Positions 23,732 to 37,107 of a stretch of DNA of 55,818 nucleotides are shown here, in pieces. The notes under the pieces were generated by a model that saw only the letters and a list, made by a program, of their open reading frames with translations, searched no databases and was not told the DNA's origin. The position numbers and the translations under genes are program-made. Origin of the DNA: Kondoa subrosea (Eukaryota); NCBI GenBank assembly GCA_039545335.1, contig BCIN01000008.1:1065528-1121345 (forward strand). The letters run 5' to 3'. How positions within the stretch are numbered: position 1 is the stretch's first letter; each line of letters opens with the position of its first letter.

Positions 23732-26268
23732 TCACTCTGCGGGTTTGACTCAGATCAAATCAAGAACGACTAGTAGTACAGAACTTACCTTGGTCCATCT
23801 GATCAAAGTATTCTTCGTCGTCATCGAGTTGATCGATGCAGAGACTCATCGCATCTTCAGTAGCGCTTCGACGCCTACGCTCCTCTTTATTCAGTTTACG
23901 AGGAGCTGGAAGTTGAATTGGCTCTTCAGGCTCAGAAATGTCGTCATCTTCAAGCTCATCTTCTTCCTCAAGTTCTTGTTCCTGATCCTCTCCTTCCTCT
24001 TCGCTATCTGCCAACTCGTCGACCTCCTCGTCGTCTTCGAAATCTGCTTTCTCTCTTGCAGGAGTGACTTCTCTCTCTTGCAGTCTCTTCTGCTTCACTA
24101 AACATTTCCTTGCAAGAGGCATATCGTCGTCATCATCGCTCTGTAGCAGATTAGCTTCCCTTTTGACTTTCAGCTCTCGAATGGGTAACTGTTCGGTAAT
24201 AGATGTTGACATATCGACTAAAGATTGAGCTACAGCTACAAAAGCATGGTCAGACACTACATCCGTTGGAAAGAGACAGACTTACATTGTTGCGCAGCTG
24301 CATCGTTGATGGCTTCATCCAGTTCAGGCATTGAATCATCTTTCATATCCCTGATAGCTTTTTGAACCACTTCTGCTAGGAACAATCGTTCTTCCATCTC
24401 TTCTTGAGATTCAGTGAGTTCCTCATCGATCATAGCTTCAATACTAGAGAGAGTAGATTTCGCTGCTGAGGATTCTTCGATTTCGCTATCGGATACAGCT
24501 GGGACAGGCAACTGGAAAGATTGATCTTCTAGCCTACTGTTATCAGGTATAGAAACAGATCGAGTGAATTCAGGAGCTCGAACCACTGGTAAAGCAGGTT
24601 GAGATCCGATGACTTCGAGGTTGGGCAGCTCAGCAATAGCACTAGATGCTTGCTCAAGATCGTCAGAAACCTGATATTGGATATATTCAGTAGTCTGCAA
24701 TGCTGGAACTTTGACAGCCGCTGATAGGCGCTTCTTGTATTTGGCTTTGACGATGCCGCCAGGAACTGTTGAGGCTGTAACAGGAATGGCCACTAATGGA
24801 ACCACAGCTGTTTCTGTGATTGCAGCCGTCTTTGGTCTTTTCCGCTTTGCATGACCAGGTTTACATGCATCACGGGTCTGATCTTTGGCTAGAGAGGCTT
24901 TCCCTTTGCCTCTCAATTTCAGATGTGACTTTGCCTTCTTCGTCGCTGGAGATACAGCATTGTCCAGAGGTTGAGTAGAAGTCACTGGAGTGATCATGTC
25001 TTCTGCTATCATATCTGATTTGGATATAGTTGGAACAGCGGGCGAAATCGGTATTGTGAATCCAGGTGTTGGAAGCGACTGCTCATTCTTTTCCTCTTCT
25101 TTGCCCTCTTTCTCTTCCTTCTCCTCCTTCTCCCTTTCTGCTATAAGTTTTGCGAGACGCGCATTCGAAACCTTGCCCACTCCGAAGCCAACTTCTGGCA
25201 GTCGTTCCTTTTTTGAAGGAACAGAATCCGATATTGAACATTTTCGTGGTCGACCACGCTTCCTCTTGACAGGAGGTTGCTCATTGCTTGTACAGATTGT
25301 ATTTCTACGTCGTTTGGGCTTCGATGTAGCATCCGTTGCTTGAGTCTTAACTGAAGTAGCTTGAGCAGATTTAGGGTCTTTCTTGGGTTCATCTTTGATC
25401 TTTGGTCGAACAATAAGCATCGAACTTGGTGGTTCTGGCTTCTGCATCGACCTCGATTCTGGCTTCTTTGGCGCTGTTTTGGGAGCTGGTTTGGGAGCAG
25501 AATAGGAGAACTTTGGAGGAGGGAAGTCAATTGATGGATGTCTGAACGGTCCCTCCTGGGACGGTACGATAGCTGCAAAAGAAGAAGAAGAAGCTGTTGG
25601 GTCTACTTTATTTTGTTGTTCCGGTAAAGCAGGAGGAGGAAGAGGTTCAGAAGGAACATCTGAGGATTTCACACCCTGATGTACCGTCTCTTGATTAGAT
25701 TCATTGGAGATAGACGGAAGAGCAGAAGCAAGAGCAGTTCTAGCCAAGTCTTCAGAAGTTGACGCTTGAGTACTGCCTGGCTGAAACATTGCCGTAAGAT
25801 GGTTCATTGAAGTGCCAGGCGAAGCAGCAGTACTCGCGACTGTGGACGAAGGCTGCTCTGGAGGAGTCGTTGTACGAATAGCAATAGTAGGCTCTCTTAG
25901 CTTCTTTGACAAACACTCGATCTCTTGTGCATCTTCTTCTTTCCAAGGTACCAAACGAAAGTTGAGTTTCTGATCCACTCCAAAGAGTACTTCCGCTTGA
26001 TCGACCTCTGCCCAATCATCCTCGGTCGAGCCATGACCAAATAGCACTTGCAGTCTATAACCTTCAGCTGTGTACCGACTCGGGAACCTTTTCCTAATTT
26101 GTTCAATGATATCCTGAGCGTAGTATATACTGAGCTACTAAAGAAGATACCCTTTCACATTGTACTCACCAAAGCTGTCTCTTGCTGTTTGAGCAAATGC
26201 ACAGTCTTTGTAATGCTGGAGCCGTCGTCATAAAGTACAGCGGAGAGCTTTGCGACTGGAGTACTCAT
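23732..26268 (-). CDS. Low-complexity nuclear protein with AT-hook and acidic C-terminus
   Basis: 596-aa and 165-aa ORFs joined by a GT-AG intron near 24236-24285; KRKRGRPRK AT-hook; Pro/Lys/Glu-rich. Confidence 0.7.
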
Positions 26269-26519
26269 ATCTGAGCCTTCTTGAAGCGAAACAAAGGTAC
26301 TGAGTTGTTCCAAGAGAGCAGCTAATTGGGCAGGTCAGAGCAGTTCAGCGCGGTGCTGGAGGTGAACTGGGTATAATAGAGCAAGTCCAGCTAGCTCGAG
26401 GGTATAGAGATGACTGTATGCGTAGAAAAGACCCAAAAGTGTCAAAGCGCGAGAAAGTCGAAGATGAACGAACAAAGGTCGCGTAAGTCATCTAATCAAA
26501 TGGCTCTATTGATGTACTT

Positions 26520-28338
26520 CTACACTGACAGCGTCTGTTCTTCTTGATCCGCCGACTTGATCTGCTCAAACAAATGACCCAGACGCTTCTCGATGACCTG
26601 TTTCGTCAACTCTGGATCACTTCCTTCTACATCAATCACTCTTCTCTCCTTATCCAGCAAGCCACGGAACGCTTCAGGTAAGACATCTCTGTCGAAATTG
26701 AAAGATTTATGCGAAGAGAGGGAAGATTCGACAGCTTCAGCGAACTTAGCAGGATGCGCTGTGGCCAACACTATCTGCACAGTGGTCTCGGAGCTGCGAA
26801 TCATCAGCAATTGTGACTTATAGCTGATATATAGTAGCTCACTTGACTTTCCGTTCTGTTTCTGCTGCTGCTAATCCGACGGCAGTATGCGGATCTGCAA
26901 CATATGACGGGCTGCCTTCAAAGTATTTGCCTAGCGTATTCCGTATCTATTGACGTAATCAGTACGCCGGTAAACAGCTAAGTCAATTGCTCACCTGCTG
27001 ATCTGAAACCCTTTGGGCTGTAAAATCCTTCTTTGCCGCTTCATGAACTTTAGATCCTACATCCACTCTTCCCACCTTCTTCAGATCTTCCATCCAGCCT
27101 TTTAAAGTCTTACCCGCTTGCTCTTCATTCTTAGCTTGTTGGAAAGCATAATACCACAGCAAGCGTTCGAAATTGGAAGAAACAAGAATATCCATTGCAG
27201 GACTCAAAGTAGCTTTCACTCCACCTTGAGCTGTAGCTTGACTTCCATCTGATGAACCTTCAACTTTCTCCGTTTGACCATTCTCAGTTGCATGCGATGA
27301 CGAAGAAGGAGAAGCTGCTTTTTCATACACTCCATTTGACCAGAATCGCTGCAAGATATCATTCTCGTTTGTAGCAATGACTAGTTTCGCCATTGGTAGA
27401 CCAAGTTGTTTGGCAAACCAACCAGCTAAAATATCGCCAAAGTTTCCAGTCGGTACGCAAAATTGTACTTGAATGCCTTTGGAGACGGCTTCTTCTGCTG
27501 AAAGGTTAAGAGTCTTGAGAAGTTGAAAGTAAGAAGAGAAGTAGTAGACTATTTGAGCAAGGATTCTTGCCCAATTGATGGAATTGATAGCTCCAAGATG
27601 GAATCGATTGTTGAAAGGTTGATCAGCGAAAAGGAACTTGACTATATCTTGGCAATCATCGAATGTGCCTTTAATAGCTAAGTTGTACACGTTTTCGTCT
27701 GTTACTGTGGTCATTTGAGCTTCTTGAATTGGTGAAACACGACCTTTTGGGTGTAAGATGAAGATGTTTATGTCTTTCTTCCCTCGAAGACCGTATATGG
27801 CAGCACTGTTGACCGTTTCTGAGCCTCAATCAGCGCATGAAGAACGAATTTACCTTCCAGTATCTCCAGATGTTGCTCCAACAACAGTCAATCGCTCTCT
27901 TGTTTCTCCTTCCTTCTTGTTCTTATTCCGCCTCATCAAGAAGAACTCAAACAAGTTGCCCAAGAATTGTAAAGCGACATCTTTGAATGCGAATGTTGGA
28001 CCATGGAAGAGCTCGAGAATGTATAATTTCCCCTTTTCTACTTCCACAATAGGTGTTACTGGATCTATTGCAAGATTTGACTTGAATGTGCTGGTGTAAG
28101 AGGAGTCTATCAGGCTTTCCAATTCAGAGCGTGAGATTTCGGAATCTGAGATGAAGAGGGACAGGATCTCTGCTGCTAGTTGCTGGAAGGAGTAGTCTTT
28201 CCATCTCTTCTGCCAATCAGATGGTAGCTGAGGCAGAGAAGCAGGTATAAAAAGCCCTCCGTTTGGAGCAAGTCCCGTCAGAACTGTTTCCTCGAAAGAC
28301 AGCTGTTCCGCTCCGCCCCTTGTAGAGAAATATTTCAT
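26520..28338 (-). CDS. THR4: Threonine synthase
   Basis: MKYFSTRGG, GLAPNGGLFIP, ELFHGPTFAFKDVALQ (PLP lysine), GATSGDTG, NSINWARILAQ, VPTGNFGDILAG, LSPAMDILVSSNFERLLW, DPHTAVG, LATAHPAKF. Confidence 0.97.
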
Positions 28339-28877
28339 GACTGTCGCTCGTCTTCAGAACCAAGGTCTTGAGGCTATCGTTGAGAGCGGACAAGCCAAAG
28401 TCGAGTCAATAGAAAATCATAACATGTCTTCTTGGGCCGCCGTCTACTTTCTCATGACATAGCTGTACATGAGCAGTAGTCCTGTGGCTCTCATATCTGC
28501 TCTGCTCCTTCCTCAAATGAATCTCCGACTTCGGGAAGTTTGCATCTGTCTCGTCTACGTCCCGCTCGCCGCTGCACCGAATGGCTGTAGCGTACAGCGA
28601 TACAGGCAAAGTCTGATGACTGCTCGGATGTACAATTGATTAGTTACCAAGCCTCGGTTAAGCTAGATTTCGCACCTTCGCATTGCTTCGTTTCGAAATG
28701 CAAAACTCGTGGCTTGTTTTGATTCGTATACCTGTACTGCTGCTTTCGATCTTGCTTTTGTATGGCTCTATCGTGTGTCGCCAATGGTCTTGAACTCTGT
28801 GCAACAAGCACCTTTGAATCTCTCGATCTGATTGTGCTTATCAAGCACTATACTGCTGCATTCGAGGACATCTGACC

Positions 28878-31392
28878 ATGTCCTACTACCCAGATGACAA
28901 CAGGATGCTAATTACGCGTCCGAAACATGCTACTTCTCGCCAGATCACGCCTCCGCACAAGCTTAAGCCGACTATCGAAAATACAAAATCAGACGCGAAC
29001 AAGAGCCTCCGCAACAAGGTAAGCAGTGATTCAGACGAGGTGAAGACTTTGAATATAACCGGAAGCCTTCAGGTAAGCCGATTTTTGGCTTGGGTCAATT
29101 TCAGCTAATCCCAAAGTGACAGGGAAATCATGACTCTCTATTGGAAAGCTCTCCGGTTCTCGCCAATCCACCTTCTCGGGTATCTTTGTTGTCACTCGTC
29201 ACCGTCAGAGCTGACCACGGGCCTTCTGCAGAAGTCAAGTATTTCAAGGTTGCCTGCAATCTCCTTTTCGAGATCTCGTTCTTCTTCTACAGTAGCCTTG
29301 AAAGGTCCGCCGCAGCCCATCACTGTACCAGCACCTAAACGAATCGCGACACTGTTCAGTGATGAAGATCAAGAACGCAAAAGCTGGGCGAACGAAGTAG
29401 CGACCTCTCCATCAAGACTGGCAAATGAGCAACACAGCAGAATAACATCTTCGACTTTGCGCAGAACAGAATCTTCGCCGGATCTTTACACTTCAGTTTC
29501 GAACCCCCGATCTTCTGATTCAATCCCATATCGGTATTCCCCGTCTCACAAGGCGAATCGCAGGGTATCCGTGTATCAACCTTCAAGAGCAGCTCCTGTG
29601 CCTCCTACAAAGATATCGACGTCGTCGAATCTTCGACTACTTGATCTCGATTCACCTTTGCCGGTCACTCCTGCTTCAGCTCATTCGTCATCTGCCACAA
29701 CAGCATTGACAGCAACTAGTCAAGAATTGACTCCCATCTCCGGTCTGGATCTCTATACTCTTCCTTGTTTCGCTTCACCGGTATCACCTCTCTGTCCTCC
29801 ACCTACGAGAGTAAATTCCTCTATACCAACTCCTCTCACGAGCGCGCCTGATTCTCCTCGCTCGTTACCCTCGTCTGCTATAACTTCAGCTCTGCAACCG
29901 CTCAGCAAACAAACTTCTCACACTTCGCTTCCACTACAGCACATTACAAAGCAGATAGAGTCGAAGACCAGCAGCAATACACTTCATACCCCTTCATTGC
30001 ATAAACCCAGTCGCAGCCTCAATGATCTGCCACCGGCTCTCGACTCATCGTCTTCCTTATCGGACTTCGCTCTACCCTTTCCTTGGAAGGGTACTTTGTT
30101 AGCAGATATGAAAGATAGAGTTGATCCGCTACAGGCGCAAGCCCATATAGTCGAAACGATGAAGAAAGTCAAAGGAAGACCTTCTTTACTTGTTCTGGAT
30201 GGATCGGATAGTTTAACCGAGGAGATATATAAGAGGAAGCAGGAGTTGATGGAATTGCAGAGTGAGTGTTACATCCGTTGCTCCGGCCCTTGGCTCATGA
30301 CTCGACTAGATCGTCATGCTGGTGCAATCCGGCGCAGAGATGCTATGCTCAAGCTTCATTTCTCCCTACCTACGAAAGACATGGCCTGGGCTCAGACTGA
30401 TCTGATGTCAGCTATACAAAAGGTCGATAATTTGGCTGCCGAAATATCGAGACTTCAAGGTAAGCATGAGATACACATAAATCGAAACATGTCTGACTGA
30501 CATGATGCCTAGAAGATATATTTCGAGCTGCAACGCTGGAATCGCAAGATCTCTTGACTGCTTCTTGTCTTTCATTGGCGAAACTCAATGCCAGCTATCT
30601 CAAAGCGAAATCCAAAAGCCGAAAGCTATCTAAAGACGTCAAGTGCATGAAAACAGAGTACTCTAAATCTTCCGATATGACTATACTCGAAACACCTTCT
30701 CCCGCTATCGAAGTGGCTCAATCTCGCTCGCAGTCTGTTCATCCAGATTCCGTCACATCGAACTCCAGCAAGAACACGCCTGATCGGAGGGCAATAAGAT
30801 CGCCAGCAAAGACTGACTTCGTCATTGTATCGCCGATAAAGGCTGAAGCAAGCAGGAAAGATAGTGCATTCGAAACTGACCGAACCTATCAAAGTAAGCT
30901 TCATGCAGATACGAGTACATGAATAAATCTGATCCTATTATAGTTGAATATAATTCACCGGTACTATCGCCTACTTCAGCCGATTCGCAAGTGGATTATC
31001 TGTCAAGCGCTCAAAGTCGGTCGTCACTTGCAGACCCAACATATAAATTTCCCCCTCGCAGCCATTCTCGTCAAGGCAGAAATATCGCAGTACCTACACC
31101 GCCTTCTTCTTTGCCTTCACCAATCCCGGTACATCGAACGAGAAGCGCTTCTGAACCGAGGGTTCAATACTACACTGAAGCTTCGGAAGAAATCGACCCA
31201 TTCTCAAGTCTACATAGCAGTCAGATCTTCAACGTACAAAGGAAACTCTCTTTCGTCAATCTCATTTCACCAGTACAGGAAGACAATCCGGCGAAGAGTG
31301 AACTTGAAAGGTCGTTTTCGGGGAATTCGCTGGAAGAGACGAGTATTGCTAGAATGGCCTTAAGCGATGTAGAACTAATGGAATTGCTCTGA
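28878..31392 (+). CDS. Ser/Pro-rich protein with coiled-coil segment resembling the Uds1 (up-regulated during septation) domain
   Basis: 456-aa, 122-aa and 157-aa ORFs linked by introns; IRRRDAMLKL...AIQKVDNLAAEISRLQ helical segment; domain call is tentative. Confidence 0.6.
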
Positions 31393-31514
31393 AGTCTTCT
31401 TCTTCCCTCTCTCCTTGCTCCCTTCTCTTACATGATCATCGGTTATCACCCGATTTTACCGACGGAGAGGTCATCCCTTTCATTTTTTTCTCTTCGAAGA
31501 GCAAAGCTCTAACA

Positions 31515-33519
31515 ATGGCACCAGTAACAATCTACGGTAACAAGGAATCGCTACGCGTTCGCTTGGCTTTGGTCGTCGCTGAACACGAAGGCATCAAAGT
31601 CGAAAACGTTCATGTTGCACCAAAGAAATCTGAAGGTGTTGACAACCCTGAATACAAGGCCAACTTCCCTTTGACCAAGGTGTGCTGAACGAGGGTATCG
31701 AAACATAGTATCCAGTGATTGAACACAGGCTGCTTCATTTTCAGGTTCCTACTTTGATTGATGGCGACGTCAAAATCTTCGAATTGCTCGCAGTCACTTC
31801 TGTGCGTCCTGAATTGGCTCAACTGTAGTGTTTTCAGTCATACTCATGATCCTTCTTGTGAAATACACAGTATTGTACGTCGAATAGCTGAAATGAACTT
31901 TGAGAAGCATGACTCAATCTGAATTTCCAGTGGCCTCCGTCAACCACTCCGCTTCCGGTCACGGTTCTCTCCTAGAATCAGCAAAGAACGCGTAAGGCAT
32001 CGGATTATTGATCGAGACTCGCTCAATCGCTTACATCTTCTTTCAGCGTTGGACTAGGCAAACTCAGCTTACTCGGTTCCACTGTCGTTGAAAAGGCTCA
32101 AGTCATCCAATGGATGTCGTGTTAGTACACCAGGCTAGACTACAAAGTTGTCGCTCATCCAAATTATCCAGTCTTGAACATGGAAGTTGCGCCAACATTA
32201 GGCCAATGGTATGCCTTAGTGCCTTGCACCTGTAAGATCATGCTCACGATATATGCACAGGTTCCAGCCTCTTCTCGGCATGATTCCTTACAACAAGAAG
32301 CACGTCGAAGATGCCCAGACTGCCCTCAAAGCTCGCTTCCAGATTCTCGAAGATCACCTTTTGCAAAACACTTTCCTAGTGACTGAACGTGTTACTCTTG
32401 CCGACTTCTTCCTTGCTTCCATCGTTCAGCGTGGTAGCGAACTTGTCTTCGACCCATCTTTCCGTTCCTCTTTCCCTAACATCTTCCGCCACTACAACAC
32501 CGTTGCTCGCACTTCAGCTTACAAGACTGTCGGACTCAACGGACAAGATCCCAAGTTCGTTGACTCTGCAATCACCTACACTCCTCCAGCGAAAGCTGAA
32601 AAGCCAAAGGCCGAAAAGGCACCTGCAGCACCGAAAGCTGAGAAGCCAAAGGCAGACAAGAAGAAGAAGGATGATGATGAAGAGGAAGAAGATGACACAC
32701 CAAAAGAAACCAAGCCTAAGCACCCTATTGAAGTTCTTGGTCCAGCGAAGTCTTTCCCTCGTGTGTCTCATCATATAATTGTTTTATTCATTGATCTCAT
32801 CCTTCATATAGTCGATGAATTCAAGAGGCAGTAGTACGTTTGGAATGATGTCTGGCATATGAAATCAATCTGACTCGAATACTCAGTTCCAACTTGGATA
32901 CCCCTGATGCGCTCAAGTGGTTCGACGAACACTACGACTCTCAGGATTACTCTCTATGGCACGCTGTGTACAAGTACCCTGAGGAGCTCACTCAAGGTTT
33001 GTCGACTTTCGATCTACTCGTTTTCGAATACATACCCATGCTCTATGATTTACAGTATTCATGTCCTCTAACTTGATCACTGGTTTCCACTCCCGTCTAG
33101 AAGGCTCTCGCAAGTTCTTGTTCGGGAACGCTGGTGTATACGTATGTTGTTCTTGAAGCTGCAAGTTCCTCTATTGACGATTTGGGCACAGGGAAAGAAA
33201 GACGACAGCGCTATCCAAGGTGTATACTTGGTTCGTGGCTCAGATGGCATGGCCGCTTTCGATGTTGCACCAGATTACGAGGTATGATTCGTCCCGTTGG
33301 CGCATCGTCTTGTGCTGATTTTCGCTTCCACTTAGTCCTACACTTTCAGGCAACTTGACTGGAAGAACCCAGAAGACCGCAAGCTTACTGAAGATGTATG
33401 GAAGTGGGAAGGTGAAATGAACGGCAAACCATTCGCTGATGGAAAGACTGTGCGTTCATTACCGAACGAGCTGCGTTTCATCTCGCTGATGTTTCTTTCT
33501 TTTTCTGTAGTTCAAGTAA
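31515..33519 (+). CDS. TEF4: Translation elongation factor 1B gamma
   Basis: GST-like N-terminus (NFPLTKVPTL, FLVTERVTLAD), Lys/Glu linker, KPKHP, DEFKRQYSNLDT, YKYPEELT, FMSSNLI, FDVAPDYESY, DGKTFK. Confidence 0.95.
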
Positions 33520-34008
33520 TCTAGTTCAGTGTTGGGTTGTGAGGGTTCAGCAGTAGACATGCAATAGATATGCATCAGTAGTGCCTACATTGAGTTCGGC
33601 TGAACATCCCCTTATCGAGAGTTTCAACCCTTCTCTTTCCTCGCCAACCATTAATGTAAACAAAATGCTTGCGTACTTCCACATTGACAGCAGCTCCTAT
33701 ACTTTGCCTATACTTGGCTGAATAAGATCCAAATGAAACACTTCTAGCTCCAAACAATTTAGAATTAAGAATGACATTTCTTGTCTGTGCTCACTTCAAT
33801 CTCCTTTTCTGGCTTGACCTTCATCAGCGGGTGCAAGCTCTCTTGCCTGCTCCTCTTCGATCTCAAAGCGCTGGTCGCTCTCTCTCTCTCTCTCCTTGGC
33901 TATCCCCATCTGACTTCTTTCTTTGTATTCTGAATCTCCCTGGAAACTGGCTTTCCATATACCTCTCGCTGCAGCCTTAGCAACTCAAAAGACTACACTC
34001 TAATCATC

Positions 34009-36952
34009 ATGACAGAAATTCCATATCCTGAAGCACGTACCGCTACTCCTTACAATGAAAGCTATGATCAGTGAGCTCGATGTGTGCTGCCTAGAAGAGT
34101 TCATCTGATGGGTATATGATAGTCGTCGCAATCAATCCAACGCCTCGTCTATGGGTTCTGACCTCTCTTCCACCGATCACTCCTTTGCAAGCAGTTTCTC
34201 CCATTCACCTTCTGGCAATCGATACAGAAGTCGAAGCAATGCTTATCATGCACACTCTCGCAGCAGCTCGGTCTCTTCTTTTGTTCCCAGCTCTCCTGGC
34301 TCCATCACAAACTGCATTCACCCACAACAATTGCATGGAGGTGTTGCTAGAACCCAACGGTCTCGAGCTGCAAGTGTTCACGTTCCTTATCCATCTTTGC
34401 GCCAATCTGCATCCACTGATGAACTTGCCCAACCTTACTATTCTCCTCAAGGAAGTGCTTCCTGGTCCAATTCGTCTCCAGTCTACTCTGCTCCCTCTTC
34501 TGGAAGACCGCAACTGCAAAGACAATACAGCGAAGGTGTCTTGGCAAACTCTTTGGCCAGTATTCGATTAGATAGACCGCATGAACCAACTTTAGCTGCC
34601 GCAGCTGAACAGATTGGGAATTCCAAAACTTCGCAACTTGCAGAAAAGGCTCGCAACGGATTTGTTCAGACTTGGTATGTCCTTGCCTCTGCAGATTATT
34701 CGCTAATCTAAACATGTATGTGTGATAAGGCTCGGAACCAATTACATGATAGCTCAAGAAGGCAATGTCTCTCGGCAAGGTCTGTATGCTTCATACAAGC
34801 TCGTTTGCGACCAGTATAGTGTCAGAGAGATGAATTGTGCTTCTTTTGGCAGTATGTGAAGTGCTGTTTGCTCCTTTCTAATGTGAAGTCTGATTGTTGT
34901 CTGTGAAGAGGCTGTCAAAGCTGTCTTTCCTAGTATCAAGACCCGTAGACTGGGAAATCGTGGCAGTGAGTTATTGCTCTGAGTAGTTGAGCCCGTGCTG
35001 AGGAAATCATTCAGACAGCAAGTATCAGTGTCAGTCTTTTCGGGTTGGCACTCTAATCGTTGTTACTCACATGGTAAACAGACTGTGGCATTAAACCTTC
35101 GACCAACACCGAAGCTGCTATCTTGACGCATACGAGCAGCGCCAGGCATGCCGATTCTTCCCAGCCGTCAAGTTCAGCGGAAGATGACGCTCTGTTGTCA
35201 CCTGATGATCCTGACTATCAGGCTCTTCTTGCATCCGATCTTTTCGCCCCTGCTCAAGCTGCTGTTCATCAACCATTTGTTCCTTTACCTCAGACAGGTC
35301 AATCCAATATTCAATTGCCTTCAGATTTCCCTCAAGTTCAAGAGGCAATGTCATGCGTGCTTACATCCCAAGCTTCAGCTGCGCAAGGGATTTGGATTCG
35401 CTATAGCAATATGTGCGGCGACATTCTTTCTCTGATGCATAGCAGAGCATTCGATCAAGTCAGCGCTTTCATCTTTCCACTGAATGACAGCTGACGGTGT
35501 ACTCTAGTTTGAGCAAATTCTCCATAATTTTTACCTTTCGCCTGATTTTACTCAAGAAGAACGCTCGCTGGTTGAGCAACCGGGTCTCTCTAGTCTGCTG
35601 CTGTATGATTATTGCTCAGTACCCAAAACATTGCTGATTGACAACGTAGCCGATGTGAAGCTACAACCTACAACGAAAGTCTCATGATTTTGAAAGCTAA
35701 TTTGGGAACCCCTTTGACACCGGTCGAATTCAACGGTCTTCGGACCTGTTCAGAAATCCTCGAAGAAGCTTTCATTCGAGTTACTAACGGCTTTTCGCCT
35801 GAATTTGTCAACCCAAAAGTGGAGTTGGTCGCTCGCTTTGCACATCTCCTCAGCAGGTTCTTGGGAGTCAGTCAATGTAAGCTTTGTAAAATGATGCATG
35901 AAGATGGAGCTGACCTTCGAGTAGTGAGTCAAGCGTTACAAGGTGTACTGGCCAATGATGCTACTGTTCAACAATTGCGCCAAGCTTGGGAAAAAATGTA
36001 AGCCTTTACTTACATCCAGTGATATCAAGCTGATACATTTTTTTTAAGCGACTTTGATCATTTGCGCAATCATTGTGCACTGGCTGCCAATTGCGAACAT
36101 GAGATCACCTTACAATTCTTCTCGACGCTGAAGACTCTTCTTGATCAACACAATGCAGTATGTCTATGCCTATTTCCGGATGAGCATGGGTTGATCCTTC
36201 ATGTAGATGACCAATAGATCTTTCATCGAGTGGATCAACACCGTTCAAGCTATCTTCACCACTTCAGATGCCGATGATGTCGATTCTGGAGGTCAAGGTC
36301 GATCTTTAGTCATGCGGATCTCATTTGTCTTGACACAAATTGTTCGAGGCAAGTTTCTCCTGCCTGAAAATTGTCAAATTCATCGTCTAACGATATCTAA
36401 TTAGATCTAACTCTACGTTCTGATCCTGTGCGTTGACGATAAAGTAAAATCGTGCTGTTGCTAACCATGCAATCAGGCGTTTGGCGGCTTTCAAATTATG
36501 GCTCTTTTTGCTCAAGATTACCTTGGCTTTCAGGTCTTGCAAAAGGACGCTCTGCAGACCGCTGCTGTTGGCAAAAGTATCGAGGAAGCCGTTGCAACTT
36601 CGCCATTGGCTACCTTTGCTGGATCTGCTACTTTGCTCAGCCCCCTGAGAGTCGACTCATTCATTTCTGCACCGGATCCATTCATCAGTGACAGTTCTCA
36701 ATACGTTCCTTATGCATCAAACGGCTTTTCTTCCCTCAATACAGCAACCCCAATGGCCACAAGCTGGTCTCACGGACAAGACATGTATACTTATCAGATG
36801 TCACCCAATCCAGCCCTACGCTCGGAATGGAGTAATCAGGTGAGTAGTGTTCGAACAGTAGATACTTCCGGCTCACCTTGTAGTAGCTGTTCCCACATTC
36901 GGCAACTCGTTCAGGTTTCGATTTGCCCGACTTCTCCTCTTCCACCCAGTAG
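34009..36952 (+). CDS. RFX1: RFX-type DNA-binding transcription factor (Rfx1/Sak1-like)
   Basis: FVQTWLRNHY...EGNVSRQGLYASY...[34 protein letters not shown] winged-helix; C-terminal DLTLRSD..FGGFQIMALF. Confidence 0.88.
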
Positions 36953-37107
36953 CTGAATTGTTACAACGAAAAAGACATTTCATTCCTATAGATTTCGCTT
37001 TCTCTGTACAATTGGTTTATCGGTTCTATGTAGTATATAGTATGTACAAGGGAATACCATGTTGGTATACAAGAACAGTGTGCATCGACAAACGAAAATC
37101 ATACACT

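Noticed and set aside
24236..24285. Apparent frameshift between the 596-aa and 165-aa ORFs
   Set aside because: Explained by an ordinary GTAAGT...CTGAC...TAG intron
31802..32047. Intronic C/D snoRNA (snR38-type) in eEF1B-gamma
   Set aside because: The region resolves into three short introns and two small exons; no RTGATGA box with a matching guide and CTGA was found
33877..33893. (TC)n tract and other microsatellites (also near 6848 and 47550)
   Set aside because: Short ordinary simple repeats
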